From NCBI GenBank assembly GCA_035623825.1, contig DASPSR010000010.1:1-19462 (forward strand): a stretch of DNA of 19,462 bases, written 5' to 3'. The stretch is from Nitrospirota bacterium (GTDB lineage: Bacteria; Nitrospirota; UBA9217). The notes under the pieces were generated by a model that searched no databases, was not told where the DNA came from, and saw only the letters and a program-made list of their open reading frames with translations. Positions 1 to 7,300 of this stretch are shown piece after piece. A program made the translations under genes and the position numbers. The first letter of the stretch is position 1. Every line of letters starts with the position of its first letter.

Positions 1-366
1 CCGGTGGTCCAGAATCCCAGTGCCATGCTGATCTTCAACGACGCGTCGTTCAAGAAGTTCGAAAAAAGGATCAGGCCGGGTGGACTGCTTTTTCTGAATA
101 CCTCGCTCGTGCAGGAACCATCGACCCGTGCGGATATTATGAGAATCGAAGTGAAGGCGAATGACGTCGCCGAAGTCCTCGGCGACACTCGCATATTGAA
201 TATGGTGATGCTCGGTGCGTTCCTCAAAAAAACCAGCGTAGTAGCGTTGGAATCGGTGCTTTCCGCTCTCAAGGAGGTGCTGCCTGCGAGAAGACATTCG
301 CTGATTCATCTGAACGAGAGCGCATTGAAGCGCGGAGCCGAGTTGTGCTGCGATGCAGCCACGTAG
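1..366 (+). CDS. 2-oxoacid:ferredoxin oxidoreductase gamma subunit (KorC/PorC family), 5'-truncated by window edge
   Basis: Open frame from base 1 (PVVQNPSAMLIFN...PGGLLFLNTS...NMVMLGAFL...NESALKRG); motifs typical of the POR gamma family; TAG at 364-366. Confidence 0.85.
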   Translation, partial: PVVQNPSAMLIFNDASFKKFEKRIRPGGLLFLNTSLVQEPSTRADIMRIEVKANDVAEVLGDTRILNMVMLGAFLKKTSVVALESVLSALKEVLPARRHSLIHLNESALKRGAELCCDAAT

Positions 367-609
367 CATCATGAGCACTACCGTCTGTCATTATCGGCCT
401 GCTTTCACGCATTGTTCATTTTCTCCCCACGCTTCAGAATGTTCGCGGCCCTTCCACCTCCCCCATTCTTATGACTCAATAATATGCTCGAAAACGGCAG
501 CCGGGCGGAAGCAATACCTGCAGAAATACGGGAAGTTCTCCGGGCCGTTTGAAATCCTTGACTGCATTTCACGTGATAGCCGATATCCCCCGCATATTCT
601 TTCATTTTA

Positions 610-638
610 TTGACAAATAATGCTTTTTCTTGTATCTT
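610..638 (+). promoter_or_regulatory. sigma70-type promoter for the rhomboid/response-regulator genes
   Basis: TTGACA (610-615), 17 bp spacer, TATCTT (633-638). Confidence 0.6.
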
Positions 639-739
639 GATGCGAGCTATCGCATGTGACTGATTCTTAGGGAGCGCCCGATTTATGATCTCGTTTGTCC
701 CGGCGGAACAGGCTTGAGGTCGATAAACGGAGTTGAAGT

Positions 740-1432
740 TTGATACCGATCAAGGATATTAATCCTACAGAGCGCTTCGCTTTTATTACCCTGTTTATCA
801 TTGTTCTGAATGTTGCCGTCTTTTTCTACGAATTGATGATCGGTCCGAAGGCCGGAGAACTTTTTGTGGATTCCTTCGCCCTGGTGCCGAAGAGACTTTT
901 CTCAGGCGTTCCAGGGACCTCTGGCACCGTGCCGGCTGGGGCCACCCTCATTACATCCATGTTCCTGCACGGCGGATTCCTGCATATCGGCGGCAATATG
1001 CTCTACCTTTGGATCTTCGGCAATAATGTCGAGGATTCAATGGGGCACATTCGGTTCATCGTCTTCTATCTATGCTGCGGCGTTATTGCCTCATACATCC
1101 ATGCGCTCGCAAACGCAGCTTCGACCGTACCGATGATCGGCGCGAGCGGTGCCATCTCAGGGATACTTGGCGCATACCTCCTCCTGTATCCACGGGCACG
1201 GGTCCTCACGCTGATGATGATCGGTCTGTATATCAGAACGGTCGAGGTCCCTGCGATGTTCGTTCTGGGGTTCTGGTTCCTGCTCCAGTTTTTGAGTGCG
1301 CTTCTCTCGGCCGATACCGGCGGAGGGGTTGCCTGGTACGCGCATGTCGGGGGTTTTGTGGCGGGGATGCTGTTGATCGGTATGTTTAAACGGCACGGGG
1401 TTCCTTGGAGGAGCAGGAAGAGAGACGACTAA
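740..1432 (+). CDS. rhomboid family intramembrane serine protease
   Basis: TSMFLHGG..HIGGNM, GASG (catalytic Ser), AHVGGF (catalytic His); several hydrophobic segments; TTG start with GGAG at 729-732. Confidence 0.95.
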   Translation: MIPIKDINPTERFAFITLFIIVLNVAVFFYELMIGPKAGELFVDSFALVPKRLFSGVPGTSGTVPAGATLITSMFLHGGFLHIGGNMLYLWIFGNNVEDSMGHIRFIVFYLCCGVIASYIHALANAASTVPMIGASGAISGILGAYLLLYPRARVLTLMMIGLYIRTVEVPAMFVLGFWFLLQFLSALLSADTGGGVAWYAHVGGFVAGMLLIGMFKRHGVPWRSRKRDD

Positions 1433-1434
1433 TC

Positions 1435-2508
1435 ATGATTGTCCCTTGCGAATGCGGTGCAAAGCTTAAGATCGACGACGCGAAGGTCGGCGCACAGGGT
1501 GTCAAGGTCCGTTGCCCCCGGTGCGGCAGCATCCTCTCGGTCCGAAAATCGGGCGGCGAGGAGGTAACTCCCGTTCCGAAGCGGGCCATTGCCCCGTCCG
1601 GGGAGGCGCCACTCGTTTTGGTGGCGCATGACAGTGAGGTTGTCAGGAACATGGTCCGCACGATTCTGGTCGACGAGGGATTCGCGGTGGATACCGCCGT
1701 TGACGGAGTCGATATCTTGAAAAAGGCGACGGAAACCAAGCCGAGAGCCCTGGTGCTCGATGTCGGGATCCCGGGCATATACGGATTTGAAATATGCGAG
1801 CGATTGAAGGGAGACAAGGACACCAGCGATATCAAGATCGTTCTTCTCTCGTCGGTCTACGATATGAGGCGCTATAAGCGCACTCCCGACAAGCTTTACG
1901 GCGCCGATGACTATATAGAGAAACACCATATCCCGGACCAACTTCCGGTCAAGCTCCGCAGGCTGATATCGGTGGAAACGAAGGCGCCGACTCCGGCCAC
2001 CGCCGCAAAGCCGCGCCCGCACGAGCTTCCTGAAATGTCCAGACCCCCGGCGCGAGAATTTGAACCGTCCTTTCTAGGGCCCGATGCCATGACGAGACTT
2101 GAACGGGAAGGTGCGGGGCAATCTGCCGTCGCGCCATCGTTCCAGAAGGCCGGACACGCAGAAAGTCACGATTCTTCGACGATAATACCGGAATCATTCA
2201 GTCTCGATGCATCAATCTTTCAGAAGGAAGAGTGCGATATTCCGCGGGTTGATGAGGCTGACCCTGAGGCGGTTGAGAAGGCGCGCCGCTTTGCACGAAT
2301 CATCGTATCTGACATCGCCCTCTATAATCAGGAGGTGGTACTCGAGGGGCTGAAAAAAGGGACATTCTACGAGCTTTTGAAGAACGATGTGGATGAAGGC
2401 CGCGAGCTTTACGAAAAAAGGGTTCCCGCCGCGATCAAATCCAAAAAGGACTATTATCAAGAGGCTTTTGACAATTTTATCAAGGCCCAGCAGAAGAATG
2501 TTCGTTGA
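1435..2508 (+). CDS. zinc-ribbon (MJ0042-type) + response regulator receiver protein with an uncharacterised C-terminal helical domain
   Basis: ATG at 1435 just after the rhomboid stop; CEC...CPRC zinc ribbon; receiver motifs [26 protein letters not shown]; Pro/Ala linker; C-terminal [16 protein letters not shown] domain. Confidence 0.85.
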   Translation: MIVPCECGAKLKIDDAKVGAQGVKVRCPRCGSILSVRKSGGEEVTPVPKRAIAPSGEAPLVLVAHDSEVVRNMVRTILVDEGFAVDTAVDGVDILKKATETKPRALVLDVGIPGIYGFEICERLKGDKDTSDIKIVLLSSVYDMRRYKRTPDKLYGADDYIEKHHIPDQLPVKLRRLISVETKAPTPATAAKPRPHELPEMSRPPAREFEPSFLGPDAMTRLEREGAGQSAVAPSFQKAGHAESHDSSTIIPESFSLDASIFQKEECDIPRVDEADPEAVEKARRFARIIVSDIALYNQEVVLEGLKKGTFYELLKNDVDEGRELYEKRVPAAIKSKKDYYQEAFDNFIKAQQKNVR

Positions 2509-2533
2509 CAGTTGGTAGTAGATAGTATATTAT
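2505..2533 (+). promoter_or_regulatory. sigma70-type promoter of tRNA-Pro
   Basis: TTGACA (2505-2510, overlapping the upstream TGA stop), 17 bp spacer, TATTAT (2528-2533), 10 nt before the tRNA. Confidence 0.7.
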
Positions 2534-2542
2534 ACGAATTCG

Positions 2543-2620
<78 letters not shown>

Positions 2621-2843
2621 TTCTTTCAGCTTAATCAACCACCGAATAACATCAGACAAAGTACATTTTTTTCTTTGACCGTGCGGCAAAGAATATGCGG
2701 CGCTGGAGAGGGCGACGATTGCCGGTTGGCAACTAATCGGCGGGATGGTCAAGTGAAGGATGACATGTCGAACCCTTTTTGTAGTACGACAGGGCAAGGG
2801 GAGCACCTATTTATCCTTTATTTTTCAGTTAGATGAGGTGTTC

Positions 2844-3827
2844 ATGAGTGAAAGGGAAAGACCAGTTGACGATCTGATTGACGCCGAGTCCTACAGTGAG
2901 GAACTTGAGGAAAAGGATGAGGTTGACAAGCTAAATAGACGTGATGGCGCTGCAGAGGAAACATCCGAAGAGGTTTCCGAAGGGACTACGTCCCAGAAGG
3001 GCCTTGATGCTATCAAGTATTACCTGAAGGAAATCAGGAAGACACCGCTCCTTACATTCGAACAGGAACAGGAACTGGCAAAAAGGATAGAACGCGGGGA
3101 CCAGGAAGCCCGCGCCAAGATGATCGAAGCAAATCTCCGGCTTGTCGTGGCGATAGGCAAAAAGTACATTAACCGGGGATTGCAGTTCTCGGACATCATT
3201 GAAGAGGGTAACCTTGGCCTCATAAGGGCCGTCGAGAAGTTTCAGTACGAGCGAGGATTCAAGTTCAGCACCTATGCCTCATGGTGGATCAAGCAGTCCA
3301 TTGAACGGGCGATTGTCAACCAGACGAGGACCATACGCCTTCCCGTCCATATTGCCGAGATCGTCAACTCCTATATGCGAGCCGTCCGACAGTTAACCCA
3401 GTCCCTTGGCCGCGATCCGCAAATTGAAGAGATCGCCAAAAAGATGCGAATAACCATTGATAAGGTGAGGAGCATCTCGCAGGTGGTACGCGAAACATAC
3501 TCCCTTGACATGCTCATCGGCGATCAGGAGGAGGATACTCTTAAGGACATTCTCGAAGACAGCAACGCTCTCTCGCCGGCAAGTTTTTCCGACGACATCC
3601 GCAGGCGGGAGCACATCGATGAGTGGCTCCAACAGCTTTCGGTAAGTGAGCGGAAAGTGATCGAGATGAGGTTCGGACTGAATGACGGTGAGCCCAAGAC
3701 CTTGGACAGTATCGGCAAGGAGTTCGGGATCACGAGAGAGCGGGTCCGGCAGATTGAGACCCAGGCGCTCAACAAGCTCCGAGCCATCACCAAACGGAAG
3801 AAGATAGACCTGGAAGGTATGCTCTAA
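2844..3827 (+). CDS. rpoS: RNA polymerase sigma factor, sigma70 family without region 1.1 (RpoS-like)
   Basis: [10 protein letters not shown] (1.2), [54 protein letters not shown] (4.2); 327 aa; RBS GAGGTG at 2835-2840 favours ATG 2844 over 2760. Confidence 0.85.
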   Translation: MSERERPVDDLIDAESYSEELEEKDEVDKLNRRDGAAEETSEEVSEGTTSQKGLDAIKYYLKEIRKTPLLTFEQEQELAKRIERGDQEARAKMIEANLRLVVAIGKKYINRGLQFSDIIEEGNLGLIRAVEKFQYERGFKFSTYASWWIKQSIERAIVNQTRTIRLPVHIAEIVNSYMRAVRQLTQSLGRDPQIEEIAKKMRITIDKVRSISQVVRETYSLDMLIGDQEEDTLKDILEDSNALSPASFSDDIRRREHIDEWLQQLSVSERKVIEMRFGLNDGEPKTLDSIGKEFGITRERVRQIETQALNKLRAITKRKKIDLEGML

Positions 3828-3861
3828 CAACATGCCACGCGACATTCACTAAATCGCAAAT

Positions 3862-3939
3862 AAATTCCAAGTACTAAATCACCAATGTTTCGAAATGCGT
3901 CTCATAATTTAGAAATCTGCCGTTTGGGACTTGGAATTT
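3862..3939. repeat. imperfect inverted repeat built from ~7-mer units (REP-like intergenic hairpin)
   Basis: AAATTCCAAGTACTAAA (3862-3878) pairs with TTTGGGACTTGGAATTT (3923-3939): 11 perfect pairs, one mismatch, then further pairing. Confidence 0.55.
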
Positions 3940-3949
3940 TCCCCGAAAT

Positions 3950-4026
3950 GCCCCTGTAGCTCAGGTGGATAGAGCAGCGGTTTCCTAAACCGCGTGCCGG
4001 GTGTTCGAGTCACCCCAGGGGCACCA
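3950..4026 (+). tRNA. tRNA-Arg(CCT)
   Basis: Acceptor GCCCCTG/CAGGGGC, anticodon arm GCGGT-TTCCTAA-ACCGC, GTTCGAGTC T-loop, 3' ACCA; 77 nt. Confidence 0.97.
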
Positions 4027-4029
4027 TAA

Positions 4030-4042
4030 AATCAATGGGTTA
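4030..4042 (+). promoter_or_regulatory. IHF consensus site directly 3' of tRNA-Arg
   Basis: AATCAA-TGGG-TTA matches WATCAANNNNTTR exactly. Confidence 0.55.
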
Positions 4043-4074
4043 AGACCTATTCACGATTGAATAGGTCTTTTTTT
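4042..4074 (+). terminator. rho-independent terminator after tRNA-Arg
   Basis: 12-bp stem AAGACCTATTCA/TGAATAGGTCTT, loop CGAT, followed by a T run. Confidence 0.85.
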
Positions 4075-4531
4075 ATGGGCAGAAATGTGGCAGAAACTAT
4101 TTATAAAATTCAATAAATAAATATAAAAACACAATAATATCAATAGATTTTTATATATGGGATGTGGTTATCGGGACCGCAGTACCCTAAGGCTAAATTA
4201 TTCTTCCGAAGTGTTAGCTTGGTGTGTAACAGTCAGTTTAGTCGTCTATTGTGTCACACAATCCTGCTTGAAATATGAAATCAAAATTTTCATAATTTTG
4301 ATATTGGTGTTTAAGACAATTGGATTCGTGCTGTTTAAATAAAACAACATTATGTCCAACAGAAGGCGTATCGGTCAAAACATATATCGACATTTCCTTC
4401 TGAAGTTATTATTTCACGTTATGATCATCAGTTATCGAATTCATCCTGGAACATTTGAATTTCAAATATTTGCAACTATCAACGGCACACTCCGAATTCC
4501 TCACTCGTAAAATAGCTCTCTTCTGGCAGTA

Positions 4532-4540
4532 TGTTATAAT
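4532..4540 (+). promoter_or_regulatory. putative extended -10 promoter upstream of the lipoprotein gene
   Basis: TG-T-TATAAT, but in AT-rich DNA where chance matches are common. Confidence 0.35.
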
Positions 4541-4717
4541 AATTTTAACTCTTGGGTAGACAGCATTTATGCAATTCAGAAATAGAAATTCGTTTACCTA
4601 AATGCCGTTTTTCTCCTGCGAGTCCGTCAAGAGATTTTAAGTTTCTACATACCTCGTCTGACCGTAAGCCGTCAGCTGTAATTTAAAGGGTGTTCTCACA
4701 CAAAGGAGGTAGGTAAA

Positions 4718-4945
4718 ATGATAAAGTATGTCGCAGTCGTTACAATTTTGTTGATCTCAGGTTGTATAACAGTTGCTGAACAACGTCAAAGAACATCATC
4801 GTATTATACTAGTTGTGTTCCATATGACGTTGAAATAAAAAATGGCGAAGGTAATACATGGACAGCTATATGTCATGGTAAAAAATACTATTGCAATGAT
4901 TCATCATCGCCTACTTGTAAAGAAGAGGCGGAACAGTCGAAGTGA
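4718..4945 (+). CDS. small Cys-containing putative lipoprotein (hypothetical)
   Basis: Strong RBS AAAGGAGGT; signal peptide MIKYVAVVTILL plus lipobox ISGC; four further Cys in the mature part. Confidence 0.75.
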   Translation: MIKYVAVVTILLISGCITVAEQRQRTSSYYTSCVPYDVEIKNGEGNTWTAICHGKKYYCNDSSSPTCKEEAEQSK

Positions 4946-5074
4946 TAACACGGCATAGGGTAGCTTCCGAAGCAGCCTGCCGCGCCCCAAAATGTGATTG
5001 GGCAGTCACTAATTCTCAGTTGGACAATACCGGCTTTCCCTCAAATGCATAGAATAATAATTTAGGTACTGCTT

Positions 5075-6757
5075 ATGCTAAAATGGGTTTCTTGGACGAG
5101 ACGAATGAAAATGAGTCCCGAGAATGCGGAGGCAACATATGAAGAGAACCCAGTGCATAGTTCTTCACGCGGCGTCTTGCAACTATCGCAGCAGAATGCC
5201 ATTTATTCGAAGCGTTCTGGCGAGAGAAAAGGGCGGCTATTCTTGGCAACGTTTTTTGTAACAAACTTGTTGCTGTCAACCTATTTTATCGATTTGTGGA
5301 ACACACCGAATACGGTGTCACATGCATTGCCCGTGCTGAGCTTTTCTCACGACAAAACCCTGCAGATAGACAGATACGCCGGATGGGGGGCAGATATGAG
5401 CAAAGTGGGTGACCACTTCTATTCGGATAAGGCACCCCTGCCCACTTTGGCTGTTATTCCCTTCTATGAGGCCATCAAGGCTGTCGGTCTTGGTACAGTC
5501 GGCGAGAAGGCAGCGCGGAGGTTTCCCATTTACATATTGCAGTCGCGCGGGTTTGCCGATTGGAGAGAATTTTCCCATGACGAATCAGTCCCTGTTCTCA
5601 TTCTGGGTAGTTTTCTCTGCGGTTCGCTGCCATTCACGTTAATCGTCGTACTCAGTTTCTTGAGAATCCGTGACAGGCGTCCCCCTCTCTCGCCGGTTGT
5701 AATGGTATTCATGGCATTTTACGGCTCTCTCCTGTTCGTGTTTTCCGGAACCTACTTCAATCATCTTTTTGCCGGCCTTCTGTTGCTTCTAAGCTATATC
5801 GCGCTGAAAGAGGAAAGACTTGCCTTGTCCGGGTTGTTTGCGGGTTTGAGCTTTCTTTCCGAGTATACGGTGGGATTGGTTTTCCCCCTTTGGGCCGTTC
5901 TTATCCTGATTAACGAAAAGCGTATCATAAAATCTATCTCATTCATGGCCGGCGCTCTCCCGAGCCTTGTTTTCATCGCAATGTACAATTATATGATCAC
6001 GGGCAAGCCTTTTGTGATGTTGAACGCTTTTCATACTGCATTCGGAAGAGAATTGAGCCATAATTACGGGTTCAGGTCCCCGACGCTCACATCCCTCTGG
6101 GGACTTTCCTTCAGCGGCGCAATGGGATTGTTCGTATTTGCCCCTGTATTGATAATAGCAGCCTTCTACTTGCTTAAGCTATGCCTGAAGAAAAGCTATA
6201 TCGCGAGGCTTCCTGTGGATTATCTCGCAGTATTCAGTCTGATATTTTTTTTAGTCATAGCGTCATTTTTCACATGGTGGGGAGGGTGGAGCTACGGTCC
6301 CAGATATCTGATTGTTCTGGCCGTTCTTCTCATATATGAGGGGATAGAGCTGATATCCCGATTTTGTTTCCGCAGGAGTTTGTACTTGGCTCTCACTGCA
6401 TACGGGATAGCCAGCGCATGGATCGCCAAATCAACCCTCGTCTTCATGATCCCCGACTCTTTGTTGTATAGCGGTCAATATTCAAACACTCTCTTCGATG
6501 TTCTCCTGCCGGAGTTTCTATCACGCCGCTTTAATTCCAACAGCCTGCCAACGCTTATTTTTGGGGTGCCTCCATTTTTGAGCGTGATTTTATGGCTGGC
6601 GATATTCATTATTTCTCTGGTCTCCTTATCATACTGGCACACAAATCTTCTGAATGGCAAAGTGGTTTTGGCCGCTGCCTCTGCGGACGGCGCTAAGGCG
6701 ATTGGCCAGGCTGAGAACTGCAACAACCCTGCCTGCGCACCAAAATTTCCGAAATAA
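5075..6757 (+). CDS. polytopic membrane protein, probable GT-C fold (ArnT/PMT-like) glycosyltransferase
   Basis: 560 aa with many TM segments, N-terminal FYSDKAP loop motif and WWGGWSYGPRYL motif; start uncertain (5075, 5105 or 5111). Confidence 0.65.
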   Translation: MLKWVSWTRRMKMSPENAEATYEENPVHSSSRGVLQLSQQNAIYSKRSGERKGRLFLATFFVTNLLLSTYFIDLWNTPNTVSHALPVLSFSHDKTLQIDRYAGWGADMSKVGDHFYSDKAPLPTLAVIPFYEAIKAVGLGTVGEKAARRFPIYILQSRGFADWREFSHDESVPVLILGSFLCGSLPFTLIVVLSFLRIRDRRPPLSPVVMVFMAFYGSLLFVFSGTYFNHLFAGLLLLLSYIALKEERLALSGLFAGLSFLSEYTVGLVFPLWAVLILINEKRIIKSISFMAGALPSLVFIAMYNYMITGKPFVMLNAFHTAFGRELSHNYGFRSPTLTSLWGLSFSGAMGLFVFAPVLIIAAFYLLKLCLKKSYIARLPVDYLAVFSLIFFLVIASFFTWWGGWSYGPRYLIVLAVLLIYEGIELISRFCFRRSLYLALTAYGIASAWIAKSTLVFMIPDSLLYSGQYSNTLFDVLLPEFLSRRFNSNSLPTLIFGVPPFLSVILWLAIFIISLVSLSYWHTNLLNGKVVLAAASADGAKAIGQAENCNNPACAPKFPK

Positions 6758-6937
6758 TCAGCACGAGCAGTTCCATGATTATCTCTAGCCATACATACGC
6801 GCAAGACGAGCGGCTGACGCTTCCGAACAGCCCCGTCTGTGCAGATGCTGGCCTGACGCGTTCATAGGATAACCTTCGGACCTATTTAATAGTATACCGA
6901 CCTAACTACGCTTTCCCCGAGCGATCCAAGCGTGAAA

Positions 6938-6950
6938 AATCAATAATTTG
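6938..6950 (+). promoter_or_regulatory. IHF consensus site 5' of the att repeat
   Basis: AATCAA-TAAT-TTG matches WATCAANNNNTTR. Confidence 0.5.
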
Positions 6951-6963
6951 CCTGGAATTCATT

Positions 6964-7089
6964 GGTTTCCTAAACCGCGTGCCGGGTGATCGAGTCACCC
7001 CCCAAGGCACCTCATAATCAATTAGTTAAAACCTACTCACGATTGAACAGTCTTTTTTATGTACTGTACTGTGGCAGAATCTGTAGAAA
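6964..7089 (+). repeat. att-site direct repeat: degenerate 3' half of tRNA-Arg plus copied downstream flank
   Basis: GGTTTCCTAAACCGCGTGCCGGGTG(A)TCGAGTCACCCC matches 3979-4016; then IHF site AATCAATTAGTTA (7016-7028), decayed terminator ACCTACTCACGATTGAACAGTCTTTTTT and TGTGGCAGAA (7070-7079), all paralleling 4030-4096. Confidence 0.9.
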
Positions 7090-7135
7090 AATCGGAGGGT
7101 TTGTTTTATATTTTTGTCCCTGGCTGCCTCGAGTG

Positions 7136-7164
7136 CTGAGAAACGATTCTTTTTATGCTATAGT
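7136..7164 (+). promoter_or_regulatory. putative promoter of the hydrogenase operon
   Basis: CTGAGA (7136-7141), 17 bp spacer, TATAGT (7159-7164) with extended -10 TG at 7156-7157. Confidence 0.45.
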
Positions 7165-7300
7165 ATATTAGAAATGATTCCGGATCTATTCTTGATCCAA
7201 TAAAATTCCGAGGAATTCGTCTCCGGAAGCCTGTCTAGGATAACGATGGAGAATCGTATGTCAGCGTCTCCGCATGTTTACCCTCTAGAAAAGGTCGCCT

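Larger units (their letters stand above)
4027..7010. mobile_element. integrase-less genomic islet inserted at tRNA-Arg(CCT)
   Basis: Bounded by direct repeats of the tRNA 3' half (3979-4016 vs 6964-7001, 37/38 identical); visibly more AT-rich than flanks; two cargo genes and no recombinase ORF. Confidence 0.75.

Noticed and set aside
4940-5025. Integron attC site after the lipoprotein gene (TAAC...GTTGGAC)
   Set aside because: The left end does not fit RYYYAAC or complement the right box; no L boxes and no integron integrase. Only a modest hairpin around GCTTC-C-GAAGC.
6964-7012. Second functional tRNA-Arg
   Set aside because: It lacks the 5' acceptor strand and D arm, has a mutated T-loop (GATCGA) and no proper CCA end; treated as an att repeat.
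6986-7171. Short ORFs 6986-7171, 4157-4342, 353-613 and 405-605
   Set aside because: No RBS or recognisable motifs; they overlap att, terminator or promoter-like non-coding DNA.
7192-7205. FNR box upstream of the hydrogenase operon
   Set aside because: Only the TTGAT half-site matches; the second half (TAAAA) is poor.
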